Shown: positions 1 through 9,038, counted from the first letter of the stretch. The stretch is DNA of 64,000 nucleotides from an uncultured virus (IMG/VR IMGVR_UViG_3300030106_002045) (IMGVR_UViG_3300030106_002045), one strand, 5' to 3'. Notes: generated by a model not told the origin, from the sequence alone. A program made the numbers and translations.

Positions 1-161
1 CTAAGTAACAATCGGTAATAATAAACTCATTATATACAAAACCTGGCTTACCATCATAATGCTCTACATTACGCTGTAAGTTCAGAAATTTATTTACCAT
101 AAGTTCTCCTTGTTAGTCTTTATATTTTAATAATAAAATTTTAAAATATCAAATAAAACAA

Positions 162-584
162 TTATAATCTAACAATATCCATCTTATCTCTCATATTCTC
201 AGATGGTCCTGGCTTTAAACTAATTGATTTAAAACTAGGAGCCTTATCATGGTCTAGTGGAGAGAACATTACATCAAAACCATAATAACATTCTAAGTAC
301 CAATCATTAATATTACCACTTGGCCAAGCATAACTTTTAGGGTAACCACCAAGAGAATAACTAACTCCCCAATCATGTGGTCCTGCTTCGAAAGATACAA
401 CAATAATTTTATCGCTTTGACTATCACTATTATACTCTTTGTACAAACAAATGTTAGTTTCCCAATCAGGATCCATACCCATTCGTCTGCAATTTTTGTC
501 GATTGCATCTTTGAATTGTCTAGCTGCAGTCAACATATCTACCTTCATACTTACAAAGTCTGGTAAATTTATTAATCTATCCAT
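162..584 (-). CDS. hypothetical early protein
   Basis: 140-aa ORF with an AGAAAGGAG Shine-Dalgarno upstream; no recognisable motif. Confidence 0.7.
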   Translation of the reverse strand: MDRLINLPDFVSMKVDMLTAARQFKDAIDKNCRRMGMDPDWETNICLYKEYNSDSQSDKIIVVSFEAGPHDWGVSYSLGGYPKSYAWPSGNINDWYLECYYGFDVMFSPLDHDKAPSFKSISLKPGPSENMRDKMDIVRL

Positions 585-669
585 AACTTTCTCCTTTCTT
601 AATTAGTTAGTATTGCTAATAAATATATAAAACTAAAAACAAAAATAAACAATAAAAAATAGTCTTCAC

Positions 670-945
670 TCATATGCTCTTACCATTCTCATCTATTATT
701 TTTTCTATGCTATCGACCTCTCTATTAGGGTCATCTTCGAAATAACTATTGTCAACTGGTGACAAGCCATATTCTTCAACATAATCAGAAGCAAGTATTT
801 GTTGTCCATCTTCATCGTTAGCTGCAGCAACAAAATCATTCTTATTCTCTAACCACATCTTTTCGTCAATAATCTCAAACTCTTTCTCAGCAGGAACAAT
901 AAGTTTAAATTTAACTTTGATTTTTTTCTTTAAAGTTGTTTCCAT
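670..945 (-). CDS. acidic hypothetical protein, homologue of 63706..63984
   Basis: Shares KVKF...VP.E.E....DEK and SDY.EEYG......DD.NREV with the ORF at 63706. Confidence 0.75.
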   Translation of the reverse strand: METTLKKKIKVKFKLIVPAEKEFEIIDEKMWLENKNDFVAAANDEDGQQILASDYVEEYGLSPVDNSYFEDDPNREVDSIEKIIDENGKSI

Positions 946-1235
946 TTACCGTCCTCTTTATGAAACATTTTAGTATGGCCACTGTGAGATTCCATAACCA
1001 TAAGTGGATCGAAATCTAAATTACCATAATACATTCCATATTCTTTATCTAAGTCATCGTCATCACATGTATAAAATTCTACACCTGAATCAGCGATTTC
1101 TTTATAGTGTTCTTTAACCCTAGTTTGTCTTGTAAAAACAGAAAAACCTTCATTCATATCTTTACTACAACATCTTATCCAGCTGTTAATACTTTTAAAA
1201 TAGTAACACCAATCTAGTTTATCTTTTGTAACCAT
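930..1235 (-). CDS. hypothetical early protein
   Basis: 101-aa ORF with an AAGGAG Shine-Dalgarno. Confidence 0.7.
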   Translation of the reverse strand: MVTKDKLDWCYYFKSINSWIRCCSKDMNEGFSVFTRQTRVKEHYKEIADSGVEFYTCDDDDLDKEYGMYYGNLDFDPLMVMESHSGHTKMFHKEDGKWKQL

Positions 1236-1248
1236 AACTTTCTCCTTT

Positions 1249-1287
1249 TTAGACGCAAAAGAATAATAGAAAACTTTTGCGTCTAAG
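1249..1287 (-). terminator. stem-loop downstream of 1322..1687
   Basis: Inverted repeat ttagacgcaaaag ... cttttgcgtctaa. Confidence 0.55.
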
Positions 1288-1321
1288 TATTTATAAAATA
1301 TAGAGAAAAAACAATATACAA

Positions 1322-1687
1322 CTATTTAAGATTGAAAGTTGCTTTAGGTGTTTTACTTGCTTGACCGACTTTGTCTTTGTCTTCTGTAGCAATAAAACCT
1401 CTTTCTCTATCCCAATCAAGGTCGATAGTCTTACCACCTTTTTCTAAGAATGCTCTAATAGTCATACCAGATTTATATAATTGAAATCTTTTATAACCAC
1501 CAGATCCTTCTCTTTTTGGGTTTTTATCGACAGTGACTTGTATTCTCGCATCTCTGTCATATTTGTAAGTACCCTTAAATTCTTTAGGGTCCATTACTTT
1601 TGGCTTTTTAACTTTAGCCTTAGGTTTAACAACCGTAGATTGACTCTTTGGAGTAACCTTTGGTTTGATCGCTAGATTAATTGTCAT
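1322..1687 (-). CDS. basic small protein with NPKRxGS...DLxWD domain (putative DNA-binding)
   Basis: K/P-rich N-terminus; close paralogue at 60158..60523 and a distant one at 57283..57672; strong SD. Confidence 0.8.
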   Translation of the reverse strand: MTINLAIKPKVTPKSQSTVVKPKAKVKKPKVMDPKEFKGTYKYDRDARIQVTVDKNPKREGSGGYKRFQLYKSGMTIRAFLEKGGKTIDLDWDRERGFIATEDKDKVGQASKTPKATFNLK

Positions 1688-1755
1688 ATTTCTCCTTTCT
1701 TAATCTAATTTATTTATATACTATATAAGCAACATATTATAAATTTAAACAATAA

Positions 1756-1870
1756 AATCAACCTTGCGAGCAGCCTCGGGTATTGGCGGTATTGGCATAT
1801 AAATAGTACCAATACCAGTTATTATTATTGATATACTTAAATAATAGTCTAAAAGGTATTGGTATTGGCT
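1756..1870. promoter_or_regulatory. GGTATTGG iteron-like element (candidate replication origin), copy A
   Basis: GGTATTGG at 1779, 1788, 1855 and 1861; inverted CCAATACC at 1809; AT-rich tract follows; spacing identical in copy B. Confidence 0.55.
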
Positions 1871-2029
1871 ATTTTTATATTTTTCAAAAAAATATTATTC
1901 AAAAATATTCTCTATATAGTAAGGACCCATAGTAATAAAAAAATAACAAAAGCATAAGCAATTAGATGTCTGAAGAAATAAATCATTAAATTCTTATATA
2001 CGTGATTTTTTAAAAACGAACAAGTATCT

Positions 2030-2356
2030 TTATTGCTCGTTCCTATTTATTTCAAGTAAAGAAACAATACCAGTAACAGTATTTGCTGTGTTAGCAGTCA
2101 AAGATAATGTTTGGTTTTCTTCAAGGACCAACGGTCCATCAAGCAAGTTAGTATGTGTATTGGTTAAAATCTCTTGAATTGCAGATTTAAAATCAGAAGT
2201 GCCATTATTACAAGTTAATGTAACCATTGTGTTTGCGCCTTCGTTTGTCAACTGAACAGTCTTGATCAAAGCTCTACTATCAGAAGGTGTTGTATAAACT
2301 AAATTAGCACCAGTATTCGCTAAATCAACCATTTCATTTTTAAAAATATTAGCCAC
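2030..2356 (-). CDS. small beta-rich virion-type protein
   Basis: MANIFKN...YTTP...IK; paralogue at 61163; similar pattern to 37985..38341; GTG start. Confidence 0.65.
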   Translation of the reverse strand: MANIFKNEMVDLANTGANLVYTTPSDSRALIKTVQLTNEGANTMVTLTCNNGTSDFKSAIQEILTNTHTNLLDGPLVLEENQTLSLTANTANTVTGIVSLLEINRNEQ

Positions 2357-2519
2357 TTAAAAACCATTCCTTTCTTTCGTTTTCATTATTTATATCAGTC
2401 GGATAAGTACTATTCAATATTTTAATCATGTCTTGTAAGTCTTCAATCAATTGATCAAAGTCAACTTCACTATATTCTTTTGGTGCTGAGTTCAATCGGG
2501 ATGTAGGTATCTTAGCCAT
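2349..2519 (-). CDS. 56-aa hypothetical protein (MAKIPTSRLN...ERKEWF), not in the ORF track
   Basis: Translated by hand; conserved in frame at 61487..61657. Confidence 0.75.
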   Translation of the reverse strand: MAKIPTSRLNSAPKEYSEVDFDQLIEDLQDMIKILNSTYPTDINNENERKEWFLSG

Positions 2520-2560
2520 AGTTTACACTAATCCAAAAAAACCTTAAAGTACAACAAAAA

Positions 2561-2728
2561 TTAGTCTTTCTTTTCGCTGTCTTCCTTTATATCTTGCGCA
2601 ACTTCATTTATCTTTTTTTGAATTTGCACCATTTCAATCGTTACCGAGCCGTTGGCTAATAACTTTGAGGCCCATTCAGCCTCGAGGTTTCGCTTCTGGC
2701 CCAACTTCTCTATCAGAGCCGTACTCAT
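2561..2728 (-). CDS. 55-aa coiled-coil protein (QKRNLEAEWASKLLANGSVTIEMVQIQ), not in the ORF track
   Basis: Translated by hand; conserved at 61699..61863. Confidence 0.7.
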   Translation of the reverse strand: MSTALIEKLGQKRNLEAEWASKLLANGSVTIEMVQIQKKINEVAQDIKEDSEKKD

Positions 2729-2918
2729 TATATTCCTCCACTGTTAGCCTATTTTCGTTTTCGGGACCTTCAACGTCTTCCCACCTAAAAGTACCAGGAT
2801 GCTCATTCCAAAGAGCCTTGCTGGCAGCATCTAAATTTTCGCTTTCTACTAAACCTTCAGCGAAGTATCCGCAGCGCCAAAATTTAAAATGCACTAACAT
2901 TAAAAAAACTGCTATCAT
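2676..2918 (-). CDS. hypothetical protein
   Basis: GY.A.GLVES.NLD.A..ALWNE..TFRWED conserved with 61820..62041; true start probably the internal MLV. Confidence 0.7.
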   Translation of the reverse strand: MIAVFLMLVHFKFWRCGYFAEGLVESENLDAASKALWNEHPGTFRWEDVEGPENENRLTVEEYNEYGSDREVGPEAKPRG

Positions 2919-2939
2919 GTTTTTGTTGATTTGTAAAGG

Positions 2940-3494
2940 TTATTTATACCAGTCTGGTATTCGAGTTTTCCAGGTTGCGAAATCTTTTTTATGAGATTTG
3001 TAAAAATTTCTATAAGCATCAATAGTATTTTTTTCGGGGTCATTTGTGCCTGCTATTTTTATTTCGTCAGGCATACATTGTGGTGGTGGTATAAACCCTA
3101 AACATTCTATATTATTTGGTAATTGATACAAATATTGAATAAGTTTTTTATAACAAGTATGAACTTTATCGTATCTGTTTGTGTATTCTTTACACAAGTG
3201 TACCCATAAATTAAGTAAATATAAATAATGTCCCTTAGATTTTCGCACCCATATAGAACTAGGATGATTATAATATGCTGCACGATATATCTTATCTTCT
3301 CTGTAATCTGGTAAAGTCCAGTAAGAAACCATTACTTTACCATTCTTAGATACTTGTTTGCTTTCTTCTCCGTCTAATATTCTATGTGCTGTAGATAATA
3401 ATTGAGCATATTCGATAATCATTTTAACGACATGTTTATCGCAATGATCCTCGGCGCATGCTTTCGGGTCAGAAGATAAATAAAATATATTCAT
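2940..3494 (-). CDS. pyrimidine-dimer DNA glycosylase-like protein (DenV-related family)
   Basis: MNIFYL...HCDKHVVKMIIEYAQLLSTAH, NHP..IW, PPQCMPD, AYR.FY motifs typical of this phage family. Confidence 0.65.
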   Translation of the reverse strand: MNIFYLSSDPKACAEDHCDKHVVKMIIEYAQLLSTAHRILDGEESKQVSKNGKVMVSYWTLPDYREDKIYRAAYYNHPSSIWVRKSKGHYLYLLNLWVHLCKEYTNRYDKVHTCYKKLIQYLYQLPNNIECLGFIPPPQCMPDEIKIAGTNDPEKNTIDAYRNFYKSHKKDFATWKTRIPDWYK

Positions 3495-3799
3495 GGTATA
3501 GGTGTAACAAGTACATCTTTATATTGATCGTCATGTGGAAAATAAAACATAACTTTATTCTCATATTCTCCTTCTAACTCAGGTCTTGATATATCTAATT
3601 TTATTTCAATCATATGTCCATCTTTTCTTATTTTTTGATTAGCGACACAAGTACCTGTCATATAAGAGTAGTTGTAATCGGTATCGTGAACAGTATGATA
3701 ATGTTCGTCAAATCTATATCGTTGTCCTACTTTAGCTTTTTTAATGTTGACTGGAGCATTCTTAGGATACTTACTCGGATGTTTAAATACGAAATTCAT
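3491..3799 (-). CDS. hypothetical protein, probably leaderless
   Basis: 102-aa ORF; ATG lies 8 nt after a TATAAT box. Confidence 0.65.
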   Translation of the reverse strand: MNFVFKHPSKYPKNAPVNIKKAKVGQRYRFDEHYHTVHDTDYNYSYMTGTCVANQKIRKDGHMIEIKLDISRPELEGEYENKVMFYFPHDDQYKDVLVTPIP

Positions 3800-3807
3800 T
3801 TAAATAG

Positions 3808-3836
3808 ATTATAAATTTTATAATTTTATTATACAA
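3808..3836 (-). promoter_or_regulatory. sigma70-type promoter
   Basis: Minus strand TTGTAT-N17-TATAAT. Confidence 0.6.
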
Positions 3837-3838
3837 TA

Positions 3839-4051
3839 TTATCGACATATACAACCATAAAAATATCCACTACCATCGTTCATAACGTGTTGATTAAAAG
3901 GATAATCCATGTAAGTTGTTAATTTTAATCTAATGATATCACAAAGATCAAAACAGTTTATATTCTTAGCATATATTTTAGTATCAGAAAGCATCTGTTT
4001 AGTTACTTCAATCAAAGTAAATAAACCATCATTTAATATTATTATTTCCAT
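3839..4051 (-). CDS. small Cys-containing hypothetical protein
   Basis: CFDLCDI.R.KLT.Y...MN.GSG...GC.C conserved with 63421..63624. Confidence 0.75.
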   Translation of the reverse strand: MEIIILNDGLFTLIEVTKQMLSDTKIYAKNINCFDLCDIIRLKLTTYMDYPFNQHVMNDGSGYFYGCICR

Positions 4052-4251
4052 TCCTTCTTTCTAGCCGAGTGAGTGTTAATTAACTGGGAGCTAAAACAAT
4101 CTCACTCGACTTAGACCTTAAGTTATGTCATAGACATTACCTCCGATCTCTCCTTTCAATTGAGCACGTCAGTTTCGAACCGCTAGGTTGCTTCTTTACG
4201 TTGGCCTGCTCGATTAATATATTAATTTTTAAAAAAGCAGTTTAAACAAAA

Positions 4252-4458
4252 TTATTTACGCATACTCCTTTTACCATTTTTATCTTTAGGAAACATTTTA
4301 TTCAAATGCATATAATTTAGTTTTACAAGTATTTTTCCTAAGTCTTCTGGTGAAAGTGTTTCTGCAATCTCTACAATTTTTTTCTTTTTATTTTGTTGAA
4401 ATGCTCTATCTTTATTCTCACTTTGTACAGCTTGAATAATTTCGTCTTGTTCAACCAT
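4252..4458 (-). CDS. hypothetical protein
   Basis: 68-aa ORF translationally coupled to 4458..4742. Confidence 0.6.
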   Translation of the reverse strand: MVEQDEIIQAVQSENKDRAFQQNKKKKIVEIAETLSPEDLGKILVKLNYMHLNKMFPKDKNGKRSMRK

Positions 4459-4742
4459 TATTGTAAACTTACCCTTTCGTCATTTTTAAGTACAAGTTTA
4501 AGTTGTTTATATATAGAGTTAGGTACATCTAGTTGATATAACTCTCCGTTACCGTGTTCAAATAAAATACGCATACATTCTGGTCGCATCTTTAATGAAA
4601 AATGTATCGGCCATTCTTGTTCTCTATCAAACTTTTTAATATCTTCAAACTCATGCTCTTTAAAGTGTCTCGGCCAATTATTTGACCGAGCAATAGCATT
4701 TGAATAAATTAATTGATCACGTTTAATTACTAAGTGACTCAT
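4458..4742 (-). CDS. hypothetical protein
   Basis: 94-aa ORF in an operon. Confidence 0.65.
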   Translation of the reverse strand: MSHLVIKRDQLIYSNAIARSNNWPRHFKEHEFEDIKKFDREQEWPIHFSLKMRPECMRILFEHGNGELYQLDVPNSIYKQLKLVLKNDERVSLQ

Positions 4743-4885
4743 TCATTACCGTCCATAATATCTCTTAGCTCATCTAACATATCGCCTGAATCGTCAAAGT
4801 CAGATGTTTCTAAATCGACCGACTTAGCAACTTCTTCGTCAGTCATATCATGTGCTGATACTTCTTTTTCTTTGTCTAAGTACAT
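4739..4885 (-). CDS. 48-aa highly acidic protein, not in the ORF track
   Basis: MYLDKEKEVSAHDMTDEEVAKSVDLETSDFDDSGDMLDELREIMDGNE; SD AAGGAAAG; ATGA overlap with the next gene. Confidence 0.65.
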   Translation of the reverse strand: MYLDKEKEVSAHDMTDEEVAKSVDLETSDFDDSGDMLDELRDIMDGNE

Positions 4886-5020
4886 AACTTTCCTTTCTTT
4901 ATTAAATTATTATAATTTTTATATAAATTTAAAAGACAATAAAAACAAGTAAAAATACCCTGATAGACTATATGGATTACTTTAAAACCTGCTAAATAAA
5001 CCGGCTCTACGTCACACTTT

Positions 5021-5308
5021 TTAATGGATTTTAAACTCATTTTCTATATTTTCAGAATATCTTAGACCTGGCGAAAAAGATTGCACAACTTCGTAATCTA
5101 CAAAATTAAAGTCTTTCATTGTCTTTACACAAAATTCGTAGAACCGATTTATTCTTGGAAAAAAAGGTTCGCTATCAAATTGTTTAAATTCTAATTCTTG
5201 AATAACATCTGGAGTTTGTTTATGATGATATTTAAATTTAACATAATAATCGTTAGTAGGCTGTTGATATAATTCGTGTATTAATTCTTTTTCTTTATCA
5301 AAAAACAT
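5021..5308 (-). CDS. hypothetical protein
   Basis: 95-aa ORF, coupled to the upstream gene. Confidence 0.65.
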   Translation of the reverse strand: MFFDKEKELIHELYQQPTNDYYVKFKYHHKQTPDVIQELEFKQFDSEPFFPRINRFYEFCVKTMKDFNFVDYEVVQSFSPGLRYSENIENEFKIH

Positions 5309-5541
5309 TATGTTATTTTATCCTGTTTTGGCGTACATATAAATTTAATATAAATTTTGTTTTTATTTACATCTTCGAAACCTATTTCTTCTAACTTTAA
5401 TATTGATTCATAGTTACCTGCTATCATACAAGAATAACCATCTACGAATAAATCAGGATATTTATACGGTGGTAAGCAAGTATTTGTTAAACCAGAACAC
5501 ATAATTAAATTTAAAACAAAATTCATTCTACCATTATACAT
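5308..5541 (-). CDS. small Cys-containing hypothetical protein
   Basis: L.L.MCS....C.PP...D.YSC..AG pattern common in marine phage small ORFs; start probably MNFVL. Confidence 0.6.
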   Translation of the reverse strand: MYNGRMNFVLNLIMCSGLTNTCLPPYKYPDLFVDGYSCMIAGNYESILKLEEIGFEDVNKNKIYIKFICTPKQDKIT

Positions 5542-5825
5542 CTAAACATTAAATTCCGAAGAACTTTATTTTGTTTTAGAATGTTATAGTATTCTTCTGT
5601 TAAACCTGCGACCTTTTCTTCGCCATGATTTGCGACAGAAAAATCATTTAAAGTGACTATTATATGAAATATTTCGTGAAAAAGAGTTTTACCTAATGTT
5701 CTTTTTGTAAGTCCGTTTCTAATTACTAAGGTATTATCATTTGTTTCGAAGTATCCATACTCATCTATATCTTTGAAAGATACTTTGATTATTTTATTTT
5801 TGTATTTAATCTCTGTTAGTTTCAT
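5523..5825 (-). CDS. HExxH metallopeptidase-like protein (ImmA/IrrE-like)
   Basis: TLFHEIFH followed by a downstream EE. Confidence 0.6.
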   Translation of the reverse strand: MKLTEIKYKNKIIKVSFKDIDEYGYFETNDNTLVIRNGLTKRTLGKTLFHEIFHIIVTLNDFSVANHGEEKVAGLTEEYYNILKQNKVLRNLMFRCIMVE

Positions 5826-5854
5826 AGGGCCAAATTAATGGCCCTATTATAACA

Positions 5855-6601
5855 TTATCGACCTAACATTCTACTTCTAATAGAGGCGTTATTTACTTGA
5901 GTATCAAGACCTATACCACCACCAGCTGCTTTACCATTATGATATGCGGCTCTATCTCTAATATTCATACTGCTTTTTTTCGAAACAACACGAATACCTT
6001 GCTTTTGAAGCCAATCAGTAATAGCTTTTTGCTCGTTTTTATAAACCATAGGTAATCCATCTGGATTTTCTATACCTTTATAATCTGGTACTAATTCTAA
6101 CCACCTATCTTTTATTCTTTTTGATAATCGAGAAGCACAGCCTAATTTAAAAGCTTGTTTCATTCGATTTATCTCTGATTTACTACCAGGCACTGTTTCG
6201 AACTCTTTATCTGCAAGTCTTATTACAGTGTTTATAAAGTAATCGCACATTGACTTAGCTACTATGCGATTAGATTTTCTTCCAACGAAAATAGCAACCT
6301 TAACTTGACGATACTTCTCATTCATACGAGAAGAAGTATACATTTGACAAAAGTATAATTTAGCAGTTGCTGATTGTATCCAGCCACGCCAATTATCTCT
6401 TTCGACATCAAATGATTCTTTTTCGATTGGTTCTATTACTGTGTCGTCTTTTACATCCGACATAGATAGATTATGTTCTGAAAGTAACTTTTGAGCTTTC
6501 TCTGCCGCAAGCATGGCTTCGTTTTCTGATGCGCCATTCTCTTGTGACATCTTTAAAAGCTTTTGTATACGTTTCAGAATACTCTCTTTTTCTTCTGGCA
6601 T
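5855..6601 (-). CDS. DUF2786-domain protein
   Basis: N-terminal ILKRIQKLL.....GASENEA..A..KAQKLL..HNL signature. Confidence 0.75.
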   Translation of the reverse strand: MPEEKESILKRIQKLLKMSQENGASENEAMLAAEKAQKLLSEHNLSMSDVKDDTVIEPIEKESFDVERDNWRGWIQSATAKLYFCQMYTSSRMNEKYRQVKVAIFVGRKSNRIVAKSMCDYFINTVIRLADKEFETVPGSKSEINRMKQAFKLGCASRLSKRIKDRWLELVPDYKGIENPDGLPMVYKNEQKAITDWLQKQGIRVVSKKSSMNIRDRAAYHNGKAAGGGIGLDTQVNNASIRSRMLGR

Positions 6602-6648
6602 ATTTCTCCTTTCTTATTATTACTTGATTATTCTTACTTTATATTTTT

Positions 6649-7044
6649 TTAAATCTTATTCGACAAGATTTTCTTTATTGTGTTCCAATCTTTCGCTATC
6701 GCTAATTGACTAAACCTTTCTCTTGTTACACCTTTAGCCAATTCCTCTCCATCTATACCTTTAAATAAAAAAATGTCTCTATCTTTTTTCACTATAATGT
6801 AGACAAGACCTCCGTAGTAGGTATAAGACTTGTGCCATGCGATTTGCTCTATACTCAATTTTAACTTTAATTTGGTTTTTTCTCTTTTGGGGGACTGCAA
6901 ATATTTTCCTTCCAACCAACCAGTCTGACCATTGGAACAGTAGTGCACATCCGGAATTCCACGTTCAATCTGTGTCTCAATCCTCTGAATAAAAAAATTA
7001 TTTAATTTAGTCCGAATTACTTGCCAAATTCTCTTTTCCATCAA
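6649..7044 (-). CDS. PD-(D/E)xK nuclease (VRR-NUC/resolvase-like)
   Basis: RIE...GIPDV...WLEGK...EQIAWH. Confidence 0.75.
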   Translation of the reverse strand: MMEKRIWQVIRTKLNNFFIQRIETQIERGIPDVHYCSNGQTGWLEGKYLQSPKREKTKLKLKLSIEQIAWHKSYTYYGGLVYIIVKKDRDIFLFKGIDGEELAKGVTRERFSQLAIAKDWNTIKKILSNKI

Positions 7045-7780
7045 ATTTACATACTGGTATAGCTTTCATTTTATGTAAATTCTGCTTTCTAATTTTTAGA
7101 TATTTTTCATATCCTTCTTCACTTGGCCTATCCATTAGATGTTCTATTTCTTTGTATGTTAAACCTAATTGAGTAGTATCAGTTCTTCCATCTGACCATA
7201 ACCCATCTGTAGGTTCAGCCATTTGTATTTCTTCTAAAATATTTAAATGTTTTCCTATATCCCATACTTGAGACTTTGTACAATCAGCAATAGGAGAAAT
7301 ATCTACACCACCATCACCATACTTTGTATAAAAACCTACACCAAAATCTTCAATCTTGTTACCAGTTCCTACCACAATACCACTAGTGCTTGCTGAAATT
7401 TGATATAAAGTCATCATTCTTAATCTAGCTTTAGAATTTGCTAAACCTAAATCAGATGTAAATTTTTTATCAATTAAAGTATTTTCAAAGTTTAAAAAAG
7501 TATTTGTTAAATCAATATTTACTGAATAAGCATTTGTAAATTTTCTTGTTAACCAATCTGCATGTTTTAAAGAAAGATCATGATGCTCGGGTCTTTGAGA
7601 AATTGGCATAGATGCAACTAATGTTTTTATACCAGTTAGACCACATAATGTGCTTACAACAGAAGAGTCAATACCACCAGATACACCTACTACTAAACAA
7701 TTTGCTGGCTTATCCATAGCTTCAACATAGTCTTTAATCCAATCTCTAATTATATCTATTCTTTTTCCAGTGTTCACCAA
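7007..7780 (-). CDS. nadE: NH3-dependent NAD+ synthetase
   Basis: SGGIDS PP-loop, N.KARLRM..LY, GTGNK.ED..GFYTKYGDGG, PTDGLW. Confidence 0.92.
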   Translation of the reverse strand: MVNTGKRIDIIRDWIKDYVEAMDKPANCLVVGVSGGIDSSVVSTLCGLTGIKTLVASMPISQRPEHHDLSLKHADWLTRKFTNAYSVNIDLTNTFLNFENTLIDKKFTSDLGLANSKARLRMMTLYQISASTSGIVVGTGNKIEDFGVGFYTKYGDGGVDISPIADCTKSQVWDIGKHLNILEEIQMAEPTDGLWSDGRTDTTQLGLTYKEIEHLMDRPSEEGYEKYLKIRKQNLHKMKAIPVCKFDGKENLASNSD

Positions 7781-9036
7781 GTATCTCCTATTGGTATGTA
7801 TCTTACTTCATTATTTAATTTTAAATACCTAAATGGATCAATTATAGTTGAGCCAGGTTTAAAATAAAAATGTTTAAATGCTTCGTGTTTAGTTCCTATA
7901 AAAAATAGTTGTGGCTCTGTTTCCCAATTATTTTTTTTAGAAACTTCTTCTAAATTCATAGAATCAACATAAGGATCCCACATTGTAACTTTCTCTCCTT
8001 TTTCTTCTAATATATTTTTAAGTAAAATAGATGGACTACCAACAGTCATATTAGTTTCTGGTTTAAAACATTTGCCAAGTATATTTATTTTTTTTTCAAA
8101 TCTTTCAGAAATAATTAAATCAGCAAGCCACTCTGTTTGTTTTTCTCGTTGCTTCATAATATTATCATACCAATTATATGACAAGTTTAATTTTCGAGCT
8201 AAATAACTGAGAGCTATATTATCACGTGGATGACAACCACCTCCATCTCCCATACCACCTAACAAATATTTAGATGATATAATCCTGTCTGTACAAAGAG
8301 AAAGTGCTTTTGTTACATCATCAACATTAGTATTAGGCATATGATGACATGTTTCCATAATTGTATTAATCATTGCAATTTTTGTTGATATAAAAGTATT
8401 GTAAACAACTTTAATAAGCTCTGCGTTTTCCAAAGTTGTTTCGTGAAATGGTGAGTTATTAATTGTTCTATAAAATTCTTTTGCTTTATTAGCAGCTTCT
8501 TTATCATCTACACCAAATAAAATTATTTCAGAGTTTAAAAAATCATCAATAGTTGTACCCATTGCTATAAAAAAAGGATTATAACAAAGTTTAGTATGCT
8601 TTCCTAAAATAGGTTTTATTTCTCTACGAATTGTACCTGGTAATACTGTTGAAATAATTACAACAATTTTATCTTCATGGTTTTTTTCTATTATTTCAGA
8701 TAAATTCATAATACCCTCTTTTAAATATTTATAATCAAAGTCTGCTCTTTCTTCTGGTATTCTAGTTATGCCTTCATACTTTTCGGTATGAGGAGTTTGT
8801 ATTGGTACAAATATTATTTCGCTTTCTTTTACAATTTCTTCAACAGGTTTAATTTTTATTTGTGATTTATCTAATAATTCTTGAGCACCTTTTTCTATGT
8901 AGTCTAAAGTTTTAAATCTTATGTTTCTTAAAGTTCTATCATTTATGTCAGTTCCTATAACTTTATGACCTTTTTCTTCTATTGCTAAAGCAACTGGTAA
9001 ACCAAGTTTTCCTAAACCTAAAAATCCTATATTCAT
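7774..9036 (-). CDS. UDP-glucose/GDP-mannose dehydrogenase family protein
   Basis: GLGKLG Rossmann motif, STVLPGT, AELIK..YNTF...KI, catalytic GGGCHPRD. Confidence 0.9.
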   Translation of the reverse strand: MNIGFLGLGKLGLPVALAIEEKGHKVIGTDINDRTLRNIRFKTLDYIEKGAQELLDKSQIKIKPVEEIVKESEIIFVPIQTPHTEKYEGITRIPEERADFDYKYLKEGIMNLSEIIEKNHEDKIVVIISTVLPGTIRREIKPILGKHTKLCYNPFFIAMGTTIDDFLNSEIILFGVDDKEAANKAKEFYRTINNSPFHETTLENAELIKVVYNTFISTKIAMINTIMETCHHMPNTNVDDVTKALSLCTDRIISSKYLLGGMGDGGGCHPRDNIALSYLARKLNLSYNWYDNIMKQREKQTEWLADLIISERFEKKINILGKCFKPETNMTVGSPSILLKNILEEKGEKVTMWDPYVDSMNLEEVSKKNNWETEPQLFFIGTKHEAFKHFYFKPGSTIIDPFRYLKLNNEVRYIPIGDTW

Positions 9037-9038
9037 AC

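Larger units (their letters stand above)
1322..4051. repeat. diverged copy A of the early region repeated at 60158..63624
   Basis: Seven ORFs and the GGTATTGG element occur in the same order at both ends, offset by about 58.8-59.6 kb, with many substitutions and different inserted genes. Confidence 0.9.

Noticed and set aside
1322..4051. True direct terminal repeat
   Set aside because: The copies are substantially diverged and differ in gene content
140..5000. Phage-specific promoter consensus (minus-strand ATTGT[AT]T upstream of many early genes)
   Set aside because: It recurs, but spacing to a -10 box is inconsistent (17-21 nt) and the background is very AT-rich; only the clean example at 3808-3836 was kept
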